Assembly (NCBI GenBank): GCA_965222225.1
Contig: CBDCTK010000002.1
Location: 2,368,001 to 2,432,000, forward strand
DNA: 64,000 nt
Source of the DNA: Candidatus Poribacteria bacterium
GTDB taxonomy: Bacteria > Poribacteria > WGA-4E > JAJDTR01
Reading direction: 5' to 3'
The first letter of the stretch is position 1. Each line of letters begins with the position of its first letter. The notes under the pieces were generated by a model. The model had not been told where the DNA came from and did no database searches. It saw only the letters and a program-made list of their open reading frames with translations. The position numbers and the translations under genes are program-made. Shown piece after piece: positions 18,759 through 28,615 of the stretch.

Positions 18759-19848
18759 TGGACACAATCACTGGTTTCATTCGCCATCGTTCCCTACAAT
18801 GCCGATTATCAAGAAAATAACAGTGCGCGAGAGCTAGCTTTACACTCCTCAGTTGATCGCACTAGCTTCCCACCCAATCCCGCGAGCCGACGCTAACCCA
18901 TCCTAGAAGAACACCCGAGAAGATATAGGCTTGCCAATGGCATGAACTGTGTCTTGTTCGCAGGACGTGTCAACCCATACCAGCAGCCCTAGCCGTTAAT
19001 CTCTGTATTATTGCATTAGACATCTTTCCAAAATATCTCTTTGTAGGTACGGTAATCTTGCTGATTAGAATAGCTATACTGTTTGCCGCCTTGTCGAGGA
19101 ATGTCTCACGTTAACAATTATGGCAATCACATTCCATGTTTTCTCATAGTTGCGAGTTTGCCTCGATAGATGTCTTTGGTGATGCGAGACATCTTACACC
19201 GTCTGACAATATGCTCAATGGCAACCACTTCGTGTTGTCAACTTTCGGTGGCATGGCTTCGCCCGCTGAGTCAAGCGCTTGCTCCGATATTCCTTGATGG
19301 GCGTCGAACTGTTGGCATACAGTTTGGCTATGCCCTGATAACCACTGAAAGAAAACTTCCCTTGCCTCCCGCAACTCGTTACTTTTAGATTGAAAACTTA
19401 ACAGTTGTGGAGTATATTGTAACAGACCATGACAAACCGTCATGGCGACGGAACTTTTTTTCTGTTAGCATTACGATTCCTGAGAACCCGCTCCAGCAAA
19501 AGAATTCTCCATTTCAGAAAATGCTAACGCGCCGCATAAATCAATGCTCGGTTAGCATCTCTTTTCACCGTATCGGTTCAATGAGAAAAAGCGGCACGTC
19601 GCGCAGCAAGCGGAGATCCGAGCGTTCATTGAGGCAGACTCGCAAATCGCCGCAGCCTTGCAAGAGATGACCGATGTCTATTACACCTAAGAGTCGCGCA
19701 TATAGGTCTTACGCAGTTGAATTCGCGTAAAATCGTCAAATTTCGTCAAATTTCGTCAAGTATATACTTGACGTCGGCTGAGATTGCGCTATTTCTCGGC
19801 CAAAATTTGGGCTAATTTGAATGAGTGGCTTTTGAGCATTTCCCCTCT

Positions 19849-20075
19849 GACAAGCGAACGGATAGTGAGTGCGATAGTAAATCCCTCAAGCGAACGGATA
19901 GTGAGTGCGATAGAAAGTCCTGTGCGATAGTAAATCCCTCAAGCGACTGAACAAGGATCAAGCGAACGGATAAGGAGTGATCAACTGACTGGACAAGGAA
20001 GGCGATAGTAATTCCTGATAGCGAATCCCGTGCGATAGAAGATCCTGATAGAGATCCCTCAACTGACTGCATAAT
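19849..20075 (+). repeat. Large tandem/nested array of GATCAA hairpin elements
   Basis: Tandem copies from 19849 and 19886; triple nest 19939-20046 (middle starts 19956, inner 19979-20016). Confidence 0.85.
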
Positions 20076-20245
20076 GACCGGCAAATTCAAGATATCTCAC
20101 GAAGATCATACCGAGCGCATCCGTCGGCGAGTCTACGATGGCTGGACAACCTCGCAAATCGTCGATTCACGCATAGAAAAATACCCGATGTGGAAACATA
20201 TTGACCGCAGCAAATTTATAGACGCATCATTACTTTCTAACCCGC

Positions 20246-20551
20246 GTAACTGTTTAGTGGCTAGTGATTAGTGACTAGCAAAAACCTTAAAGCCGTAAGA
20301 CGTGCAAGGAATTGCATTACTACGAACCTGCAAGCGGAGATTTCGTAGCGCAAAGATCTCTATGGGAGCTCTATCGCACTCACTGTTCGTTCGCTTGATT
20401 ACTCGCTATTCACTCGCTTGATCTGTCAGATTGTGCTTGTGATGCGCAAACTGACAGTTTGCGGTACGGGAGACTTATTCCACAACACTGTAGGACAGGA
20501 CATGAATCTCACTAGTCACTGACCACAAGCCACTGGCCACTAAACACTTAC
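20246..20551. mobile_element. MITE (306 bp)
   Basis: TIRs GTAACTGTTTAGTGGCTAGTG / GTAAGTGTTTAGTGGCCAGTG (19/21); 8-bp TSD TAACCCGC at 20238-20245 and 20552-20559; no ORF; contains nested GATCAA elements at 20352-20423 (-). Confidence 0.85.
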
Positions 20552-21029
20552 TAACCCGCTATCCAAGTGCTCCCCAAAAAAGTGGGGTGAAATATACGAG
20601 CGAACTTTAGCGAACTTTAACGAAGCGCGTCGCGCATGGCTTCAAGCCACGCCCGGCAAGGCTTCAAGCGCAATTTCAGAGCTTGTCGAAAAAGTTCGCT
20701 CTAATCTCGACAACGTCACTGTAAACGACACACGCGATCTGCTTGCCGTAGCGCGCTCCATCAACTCCATCGGTGGCTTTTGAGCATGTCATCATGCGAA
20801 TGGACAAGAAGTGCGATAGAGCTCCCCATAGGGTGGGCTGAAGTGAAGACCTTGAAACTTAAAAAGCGCAATTTCTAACCGCGTGAGGTATAACTCAATG
20901 AGCGCACAGAACTCGGGTACCATCGGAGTTCTGACCATTGATGTCATTTCCAAGCCAATTAGAACAAACGTAGATGCCATCAGGCTCCAGGGTTATTTTG
21001 GAAAGATGTCTATTGGAGGTGATACGCGG

Positions 21030-21833
21030 ATGAGCGAAACGTCGGAAGATGCTCACGAAGAATCGCCCTCACGACAAAGTAGATTCAAACGCACTGTGCC
21101 ATGGAATTACCTTCGGCACATCGTGGTCGCTGTCGCACTTGTCTTCGGGTTTATGCGTCCCTTTGTCGTCGAGCCGTTCCAAATCCCCTCCGGCTCTATG
21201 GAAGACACCCTGCTCGTGGGAGATCGCATCCTCGTCTTCAAGTTTATCTACGGGGTCGGCATCCCGGGAACGGGCATTAAACTTTTCGACTTCCATGAAC
21301 CCGCGAGAGGGGATGTGTTTGTGTTCGTTCCGCTTCACGAGAAATCCCAGCACTTCATCAAACGCATCGTCGCGGTCGGTGGCGACACCGTCGAAACGAA
21401 GGGTGGCGCGCTCTACGTCAACGGCGTCGCGGTCAAAGATGACGCATACACAAAACGTGTGTCCCGCCGCCTCCGCTCCCGCTACGATTTTCCCCCCTTT
21501 CGCGCCTCCTACCTCCTGCCCGATGACGACGCTTTTGCGGATTACAAGCTCCCGCCTAAGCAGTTCCGGGCAAAGTTCCCGGACGGGGTACCGTTCAAGG
21601 TCCCGGAAGGACACGTCTTCGCTATGGGCGATAATCGCGATCAGAGCAGCGACAGCCGTACCTGGGGCACCGTGCCCGTGAGCCAAATCAAAGGGGGTGC
21701 CTTCATGGTTTTCTGGTCATACGACTTGCTCAACCGGAAAAAACCTTGGCAGATCTGGAAGATAATCGACGACATCCGATTCACCAGAATCGGGCGGTTG
21801 ATTCGGTCAGAGTACCATGAGCGCCAGAGTTGA
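21030..21833 (+). CDS. lepB: Signal peptidase I
   Basis: TM segment, IPSGSMEDTL, FIKRIVA..GD and GDNRDQSSDSR.WG; ATG 21030 after GGAGGT. Confidence 0.95.
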   Translation: MSETSEDAHEESPSRQSRFKRTVPWNYLRHIVVAVALVFGFMRPFVVEPFQIPSGSMEDTLLVGDRILVFKFIYGVGIPGTGIKLFDFHEPARGDVFVFVPLHEKSQHFIKRIVAVGGDTVETKGGALYVNGVAVKDDAYTKRVSRRLRSRYDFPPFRASYLLPDDDAFADYKLPPKQFRAKFPDGVPFKVPEGHVFAMGDNRDQSSDSRTWGTVPVSQIKGGAFMVFWSYDLLNRKKPWQIWKIIDDIRFTRIGRLIRSEYHERQS

Positions 21834-21878
21834 CCGAAATGTCCTTGACCTTTCTACCCCTTCTCCTTGAAATTTTTC

Positions 21879-21936
21879 TTGACAAACTGGCTTCGCGGGG
21901 TTTACAATTATTCAGAAATGTGGCGTATTTGTAAAC
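21879..21936 (+). promoter_or_regulatory. Sigma70 promoter with overlapping operator-like inverted repeat
   Basis: TTGACA-18-TACAAT (21879-21908); GTTTACAA (21900-21907) ... TTGTAAAC (21929-21936), upstream of the XRE gene. Confidence 0.6.
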
Positions 21937-21971
21937 TCAAATCCTTTTTGAATACCATATAGGAGGCTACA

Positions 21972-22061
21972 ATGCCAACCAAACATGACACCATCGCCCG
22001 ACACATCGCCGATGCAAAAAGCACTGAATATAATCGTGGACGGGGACCGCAATCGTGCTAG
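21972..22061 (+). pseudogene. Short, probably truncated ORF (MPTKHDTIARHIADAKSTEYNRGRGPQSC)
   Basis: Strong AGGAGG SD; only 29 aa; overlaps the start of the XRE gene. Confidence 0.4.
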
Positions 22062-23239
22062 GAGAACGACTGAGGAGATTTAGACTTGCTCGCGGCATGT
22101 CTCTTGATGACCTACAAGCTGCTATTGGTGGGATAGTTAGCAAGCAGGCGCTTTCAAAGTATGAGCGCGGGAAGATGTGCCCAAAAGCCGCGACACTCAA
22201 TCGCATTGCTTACGCACTAGGGGTGAAGTCTGCCCAGTTATGGGGCGAACCGGCTTGTCAGGTTGAATGCGTAGCCTTTCGGAAGCGCTCCAGCTTGAGC
22301 AAAAAGGAACAGGAGCGCATACAGAGTTTTGTCACCGAAGCGGTGGAAAAACGTGTCTGGTTGCTAGATCGAATTGGTGTTCGTAACAGTTTAGAACTCC
22401 CGATTCAAAAAGCCCCTGTCAACAACCCGGACGACGCCGAGGATGTTGCTGACGCACTTCGTCAGAGGTGGAACTTGGGCACCGATCCGATTCCAAACCT
22501 CCTGGACGTGCTTGAAGCTCAGCACATCCACATCATTGAGGTTGACGCGGGCGAGAAGTTTGATGGCATTTCCACCGTAGCGCGTGATGCCGAGGGAAAG
22601 GTACTGGCGGCAGCCATTGCAACGCGCCGGGGCACATCGGGAGACCGTCATCGCCTTAACGTTGCTCACGAACTCGGTCATCTGACGCTAAACCCAAGTG
22701 AGAATGTTGACACGGAAAAAGCCGCTTTCCGATTCGGAGCCGCTTTTCTCGCGCCCGCTGAGCAGTTGTGCCGTGAAGTAGGTGAGAAGCGAAGTCTTAT
22801 TCATTTAGAGGAGCTGCGGTACCTCAAGCGACGCTACGGAATGAGTATGCAGGCACTTTTGTATCGTCTCAGGGATTTGGAAGTTATTACCGAATCTCAT
22901 TGTACACGGTGGTACATGGACATCAGTAAATTGGGTTGGAGGAAGCAGGAACCCATTGAAATGCCCCTTGAGAGACCGGAGCGATTTCATCAGCAAGTGT
23001 TCCGTGCACTATCCGAAGGGTTAATAGCGAAACAGGAGGCCGAGCAACTGCTTGGCGACACCCTTGAGGCAACTCCGCCGACCTCGCTAATTGAACGTCA
23101 CGCTTTTTTGCAACTGCCAACGGATTCGAGACGCAATCTGCTGAGAGAGCAGGCGAAGCAGATGGCAGATTACTACGAGCACGATTCCGAATGGCGCGAA
23201 CTTGAAGGGGTTGACCTTGTCGAAGAAAATCCCACCTAG
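22055..23239 (+). CDS. XRE HTH + ImmA/IrrE metallopeptidase fusion with C-terminal extension
   Basis: GERLRRFRLARGMSL...SKYERG HTH; AHELGH zinc motif; A..F.AAFL.P; extra ~50-aa tail. Confidence 0.9.
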   Translation: MLGERLRRFRLARGMSLDDLQAAIGGIVSKQALSKYERGKMCPKAATLNRIAYALGVKSAQLWGEPACQVECVAFRKRSSLSKKEQERIQSFVTEAVEKRVWLLDRIGVRNSLELPIQKAPVNNPDDAEDVADALRQRWNLGTDPIPNLLDVLEAQHIHIIEVDAGEKFDGISTVARDAEGKVLAAAIATRRGTSGDRHRLNVAHELGHLTLNPSENVDTEKAAFRFGAAFLAPAEQLCREVGEKRSLIHLEELRYLKRRYGMSMQALLYRLRDLEVITESHCTRWYMDISKLGWRKQEPIEMPLERPERFHQQVFRALSEGLIAKQEAEQLLGDTLEATPPTSLIERHAFLQLPTDSRRNLLREQAKQMADYYEHDSEWRELEGVDLVEENPT

Positions 23240-23562
23240 TCCGCGTCGAGGGGAAGTTTGGAATGTGAATTTCGATCCAACGATTGGATCGGAGATCCGT
23301 AAAATTCGCCCAGCGGTAGTTATCAGTTCCGATGGCGTTGGACGCCCCAATAACGGGATGGAAAGACAGTTTTTCGGGACACATCTGGTACGTTTCTATC
23401 AAGCCCAATGCTACCAACGGCTTGACAAAAAACTCAGCCGTTGACGTTTTGCAAATCCGGGGAGTGGATGAGAAACGCTTCATTGCAAAGTTAGGCAGAC
23501 TAAACGCGACACGTATGGAGGAGATTTCCGCGGCAATCGTAGCCGTTATTGAATATGAGTAG
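23211..23562 (+). pseudogene. mazF: PemK/MazF toxin with frameshifting internal deletion
   Basis: Frame 1 RRGEVW.VNFDPTIGSEI.K.RPAVVIS; frame 2 PIT...NGL.K.S..D..QIR.VD..R; frame break at ~23345. Confidence 0.85.
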
Positions 23563-23653
23563 ATGAATACGAGACGCCAAGCGAAGCATTGGGGAGACTC
23601 GCTTGTATCCGTTTGTTCTTTCAAGTTCCTACGAAATGAAACACGGAGGTGTC

Positions 23654-24433
23654 ATGCTGGGCGCAATTATCGGTGACATTGTCGGTTCCATTTACGAATG
23701 GGATGGCATCAAAACCAAGGATTTTGACTTCTTCAACGAACGCTGCCAATTCACGGATGATACGGTGTGCACTGCGGCAGTTGCTGATATTCTGCTGCAC
23801 AATCTCCCGCCCGCGGCGGCGATGCAGGAGTGGTGCCGACGCTATCCGGGGCGCAGTTACGGCGGATTTTTTCGCCAGTGGATCTACTTCGACGTGCCCG
23901 CACCCTATGAAAGTTACGGCAACGGCGCGGCGATGCGCGTCTCGCCCGCGGCGTTCCTGAACCGCGACGATCTGGACGCTGCCCTCACCGCGTCTGACAA
24001 AGTAACTGCCATCACCCACGACCACCCCGAAGGCATGAAAGGCGCACGGGCAACCACACACACTATCTGGCTCGCGTATCAAGGTGAGAACCCGGCGAAG
24101 ATCCGCAAGACGATTTCCGCCACATACGGCTACGACTTGGTGCGGACTGTCGACCAAATCCGCCCCGACTACCATTTTAACGAAACCTGCCAAGGCACCG
24201 TGCCGGAAGCGATTACGTGCGCCCTCGAATCAGAAAGTTTTGAAGATGCGGTGCGCAATGCCATATCTCTCGGTGGCGACGCTGACACGCTTGCCGCCAT
24301 CGCCGGTCCTATCGCCGAGGCAATGCACGGTATCCCTAACGAGTTCAAAGAACGGGCGGAAAGTCAATACCTCGCCGATGCGCCAGACATTCGTGAGATA
24401 ATGCGAGAAATGTATCACGCCGTCGCCGAATAG
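23654..24433 (+). CDS. ADP-ribosylglycohydrolase family protein
   Basis: GAIIGDIVGS, FTDDT, SYGNGAAMR, TH.HP and GGDADT; GGAGGT SD. Confidence 0.93.
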   Translation: MLGAIIGDIVGSIYEWDGIKTKDFDFFNERCQFTDDTVCTAAVADILLHNLPPAAAMQEWCRRYPGRSYGGFFRQWIYFDVPAPYESYGNGAAMRVSPAAFLNRDDLDAALTASDKVTAITHDHPEGMKGARATTHTIWLAYQGENPAKIRKTISATYGYDLVRTVDQIRPDYHFNETCQGTVPEAITCALESESFEDAVRNAISLGGDADTLAAIAGPIAEAMHGIPNEFKERAESQYLADAPDIREIMREMYHAVAE

Positions 24434-24748
24434 AGCCGCTGTTCAAATAACACACGTCCGCGCAAACCTTTATTGTCAAATCCCTGATCTCCCCTCTTTT
24501 CATAGCCCATTCGGTATCAGCAAGCCAACCCCACGCCACCCCTACATCGGGCGAAACGCATCTGAATTCTGGACTTGACATACGAGGAAATCGGGATACG
24601 CGGGTGGAAAATCTTCTAAGGAGGAACACACGTCTAATCTCCCGAATTCCTCAATATAAGGAATACAAAGGCAAACCTAACTGTTGATTAAAGAGCAACG
24701 ATCCCATTTTGGCTCAGAGCCTGGTTGAAAAGTACATTTGTAGTGTGC

Positions 24749-24835
24749 GATCAAAGGAATGAATAATGACTGCGATAGAAAGTCTTGATAGAACTCCCAT
24801 AGTTAATCCCGTGCGATAGAGCTCCCATAGAGACC
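24749..24835 (+). repeat. GATCAA element followed by stacked 3' tails
   Basis: Full copy 24749-24786, then gatagaactccc / atagttaatccc / gtgcgatagagctccc / atagagacc. Confidence 0.8.
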
Positions 24836-25178
24836 ATTCAGACAATTACTAAAATCCGCAAGCCATATACAATAAATACTTAGCGAATAGACCATTAAAC
24901 GGCAACTCCGGTTTCATACCAAAATTTCATACCAACACCTTCTTGACTTTAATGCCGAAACCGCCCATAATCCAGTCATAGCAAGGGTTCACGCCCTCTC
25001 CTTGCCTCTACTGAAAACCCCCATTTGGTATGAAACGTATGAAATTTCCTACCCCAAACTTTTCCCTGTAGGAATCAACAATCGCTGTCACCTACATCAC
25101 CCTCCCTTCATGCCTCGCCGATACACAGACTTCATACTCATAACAGCCCAATTCGCCACTGACCACTGTTTTCCCCTC

Positions 25179-25207
25179 TTGACAACGACAGCCGATCTTG
25201 ATAGAAT
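25179..25207 (+). promoter_or_regulatory. Sigma70 promoter of the DegT-glpD operon
   Basis: TTGACA-17-TAGAAT with TGn extension. Confidence 0.7.
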
Positions 25208-25243
25208 ACGCGCATTAAGTTTGTCGAAGGTAAAACACAGCCC

Positions 25244-26626
25244 ATGCCGAATACCGACCTGCACGACTTGCCCGCCGCCTTGGGCGGAACCCCTACTTTC
25301 GAATCAACTTCCGACACCTCCTATCCGAAACTTGAACGGTGGCGCCAAATCTCGGAAGCCGAAGCGAAGATTGCCTATGAGATGACCCTGCGCAACGAAC
25401 TTTCGGGTGCATCACCCGTGGTGCAAGCGTTTGAGCAGATGTGGCGCGACCGGCACGATACCAAGTTTGCGATAACGCTCAATAACGGCACGGCGGCGAT
25501 ACACAGCGCCATGTTCGGACTCGGCGTGGGCCCCGGTGATGAGGTCATCTGCCCCACCTACACTTGGATATGTTCGATTACCCCCGCGCTGATGCTGATG
25601 GCGAAACCCGTCTTTTGCGAGATTGACCCGCGAACCCTGCTAATCGACGTGGAGGATGTGCGGCGGCGGATCACCGAGCGCACGAAAGCCATTGTCGCTG
25701 TCCATCTGTGGGGCAATGTCTGTGATATGGATGCGCTGATGGCGTTGAGCGATGAGACCGGTGTTCCCGTTATTGAGGATTGCTCGCACGCTCACGGCGC
25801 CAGCTACAAAGGGGTGCCGTGCGGCAGTATCGGACACGTCGCCGCCTGGAGTTTGCAGGGCAGCAAGCCGGTCAGCGCGGGCGAAGGCGGCGTGCTGGCG
25901 ACGGACGACGCCGAAATCTTTGAACGCGCCTGTTTGCTCGGACAGGTGAACCGCTCCGCCAAGATTGAGGGAGGCAATCCGCGGTACAAGCACCTTCCCC
26001 CGATGGGGCTTGGGGTCAAATACCGGGCGCACCCCGTGGCTATCGGCATCGCATCGGTGCAGATGGAGAAACTCGAGGCGTTGAACGCCAAGCGAAGCTC
26101 CTTCATTCGAGAGGTGTCGGACGGCTTGCGTACCATACCCGGAGTCAACCCGGTTGAAACGCATCCCGGCACACAGCCTGCGGGTTTCTTCGGATTCCCT
26201 ATCCACTACTCCCCGGAAGAGTTGTGCGGTCTGCCGGCGCCCCTGTTTGCCGATGCGCTCCGAAAGGAGGGCGTGCTCGCAAACAACAACCCGTATCCGC
26301 TCCTCGTCGGTGACGGCGTGCCGCTATTTTCGGGTAGCGCCCCGTCGAACGACAACCCGTATCCGCTTCTCCACACCCTGCCACTGTTTACGGAGGGGAT
26401 GGACATCTATACCGAAGGACGGGGCCCCCTCTGTACGCCCGAAATGGGGGGAGATTACGCAGGCTACGCCCAAGGCGACCTGCCCGTCAGTGAAAAAGCC
26501 TGTTCACGCCTCGTGTTCCTGCCTGTCCTGACAGATCCGATTCCCCATGCCGCAGGTCGCGTCCTCGCCGCAATCGACAAAATAGCCCGTCACGCCGAAA
26601 TGCTCGTCAAGAGTGATGCCGTTTGA
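25244..26626 (+). CDS. DegT/DnrJ/EryC1/StrS PLP-dependent aminotransferase
   Basis: NNGTAA, GVGPGDEVI.P, AVHLWG, IEDCSHAHGA and SLQGSK...AGEGG. Confidence 0.92.
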   Translation: MPNTDLHDLPAALGGTPTFESTSDTSYPKLERWRQISEAEAKIAYEMTLRNELSGASPVVQAFEQMWRDRHDTKFAITLNNGTAAIHSAMFGLGVGPGDEVICPTYTWICSITPALMLMAKPVFCEIDPRTLLIDVEDVRRRITERTKAIVAVHLWGNVCDMDALMALSDETGVPVIEDCSHAHGASYKGVPCGSIGHVAAWSLQGSKPVSAGEGGVLATDDAEIFERACLLGQVNRSAKIEGGNPRYKHLPPMGLGVKYRAHPVAIGIASVQMEKLEALNAKRSSFIREVSDGLRTIPGVNPVETHPGTQPAGFFGFPIHYSPEELCGLPAPLFADALRKEGVLANNNPYPLLVGDGVPLFSGSAPSNDNPYPLLHTLPLFTEGMDIYTEGRGPLCTPEMGGDYAGYAQGDLPVSEKACSRLVFLPVLTDPIPHAAGRVLAAIDKIARHAEMLVKSDAV

Positions 26627-28298
26627 CATGCCGGTCGAATTCTCTTCCCGCACCCGGGCACAGAACATCCAAAACCTAAAGCGCGAGCCGTTGGACGTGC
26701 TGGTCATCGGCGGCGGCATCGTGGGCACCGGGCTAATTCGTGATCTCGCCCTAAACGGCGGGATCCGAGCCGGGTTGGTTGAGAAGGGCGACTTCGCCAA
26801 CGGCACCAGCAGCGCCACCTCCCAACTCATCCACGGCGGTTTTCGGTATCTCATCAAACGCGATTTCGCGCTCATTAAAGAGGCGCGGCGCGAACGCGAA
26901 ATCCTGCTGCGCATTGCGCCGAACCTCGTCAAACCGGCGCCGCTCGCCATCCTCAATTACAAGGGGGATCCCTATCCGCTCTCCGGAATGAGCATCGCGG
27001 CACAGTATTACAATCACCTCTCGAAAGCTGACAAGGCGGAGAAAGCTCGCACGATACGCGATCCGGCGCAGATACGGGATCTGGTCGGTCCCATTGAGAC
27101 ACAGTCGTTGAAAGGCTGCGTTGTGGTTTGGGATAGCAGGGTCGACGATGCGCGATTGACCCTACTGACGCTGAAGGATGCGTACCGGCACGGCGCTGTG
27201 GTAGCAAACTACGTCCGCTTCGTCGAATTCATCGCCCAGCCAAGTAAAGCCAACCGGGCGTACACAGTTCGTGTTGAAGATGTCCTCTCCGGCGAACAGT
27301 TTGAGATAGTTACACACAAGATTGTGTCGGCAGCCGGTCCTTGGACAGATCGGCTCTGGGAGAAGGACCCCGCCTACGATGGCGTGCCGCGATTGACAAC
27401 CCGAAAGGCTAAAGGAATTCACCTTATCTTGCCCCGGTTGAACCGGAGCGACTGCGGCATAGCGACGTTCACCCGCGCGGAAAAACGTCAGAACGAAAAA
27501 CCTCGCATCATTTTCACTCTTACCTTCAACGATTCGCTTTCTGCGATTGGCACCACCGAAACCGATCCCGAGGCGGATCCCGATTGTGTGCGCCCCTCTG
27601 CCGCCGAGGTGGATTACCTGCTTTCGGAAGTCGCGCGAATTTTCCCGACGGCAGCAGCCGTCAATCGGGTGAGCATCGTGTCCGCGTATGCGGGCGTGCG
27701 CCCCCTCATCGCCCCCAAGGGCGATGGCTTTGTCTCCCGCGAACACCTTATCACCGAGAGCAAAAGTGGAGTGCTCTACATCTACGGCGGCAAGTTGACC
27801 ACGCACCGAAAGATTGCCGAGGAGGCTGTCGATTGCATCGCGGAGGGACTGGGGCGTCCGCGTTCCTGCAAAACCGCAGCGCACCCACTGGGAGACAACG
27901 CCGAGCACGTGTTGGATGGAGACGCCAAACTGATTCCGCCTGCGTACAGAGAACGGATTATTGGACGCTACGGTGGAGACGCAGCCGTCATCGGAAAGTT
28001 AATCGCCGAAGATCGGACGCTGGCAGAGCCGATGTCGGAATCGTCCGCCTACTTGAAAGCGGAGGTGCTCTATGCCTTTTGGGGTGAAATGGCGATGACG
28101 CTCGACGACCTGCTCTGGCGGCGTTTTCGAATCGGCTTCAAACGAGGTCAAGGCATTGACCTGGCGCCGAAAATCGCGCGCTTCCTCGGTGAAAGAGGAC
28201 ACTGGAACGAAACTAGAATGGCATCCGAAGTAGAAGCCTACACGCAACGAATCGCCCAACTGAATGCGGAATTCAAGAACGATCAACCGAGTGAATAA
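26613..28298 (+). CDS. glpD: FAD-dependent glycerol-3-phosphate dehydrogenase/oxidase
   Basis: DVLVIGGGIVG, GTSS.TS.LIHGG.RY, DDARL, GVRPL, SREH and GGKLTT.R; last codons and stop come from a GATCAA element. Confidence 0.88.
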   Translation: MMPFDMPVEFSSRTRAQNIQNLKREPLDVLVIGGGIVGTGLIRDLALNGGIRAGLVEKGDFANGTSSATSQLIHGGFRYLIKRDFALIKEARREREILLRIAPNLVKPAPLAILNYKGDPYPLSGMSIAAQYYNHLSKADKAEKARTIRDPAQIRDLVGPIETQSLKGCVVVWDSRVDDARLTLLTLKDAYRHGAVVANYVRFVEFIAQPSKANRAYTVRVEDVLSGEQFEIVTHKIVSAAGPWTDRLWEKDPAYDGVPRLTTRKAKGIHLILPRLNRSDCGIATFTRAEKRQNEKPRIIFTLTFNDSLSAIGTTETDPEADPDCVRPSAAEVDYLLSEVARIFPTAAAVNRVSIVSAYAGVRPLIAPKGDGFVSREHLITESKSGVLYIYGGKLTTHRKIAEEAVDCIAEGLGRPRSCKTAAHPLGDNAEHVLDGDAKLIPPAYRERIIGRYGGDAAVIGKLIAEDRTLAEPMSESSAYLKAEVLYAFWGEMAMTLDDLLWRRFRIGFKRGQGIDLAPKIARFLGERGHWNETRMASEVEAYTQRIAQLNAEFKNDQPSE

Positions 28299-28334
28299 CG
28301 AGGGCGATAGCAAATCCCGTGCGATAGAGATCCT
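28281..28334 (+). repeat. GATCAA element overlapping the glpD stop
   Basis: Full copy 28281-28318 plus a 3' tail. Confidence 0.85.
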
Positions 28335-28615
28335 ACAGGTGTATAGCGCGTGACGACAAATACACGACAGCGCTTCTCCTCAAACGATCAAACATGATTT
28401 TTCCACCTATTATTCAAACAGGCTCTTAATTACCGCAAAGCGCTTGAGGTAATTTTTCCAAAGCAATCTACAAACCTTTCGCCCCGCTGGGCTTTTATTA
28501 CGTTGCTGTTTTCGCGGCTATACACCTGTCGCGCCTCTGGCGCTTTGGGGTGTAGGAGGCCGGTTACCCTATTTAGGAACCGCGTCTTCAAGAAAAAACC
28601 GGGGTTCTTCGCAAG

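Noticed and set aside
19849-20075. CRISPR array interpretation of the ~36-nt repeats
   Set aside because: No unique spacers, the repeats are nested and variable, and there are no cas genes in the window.
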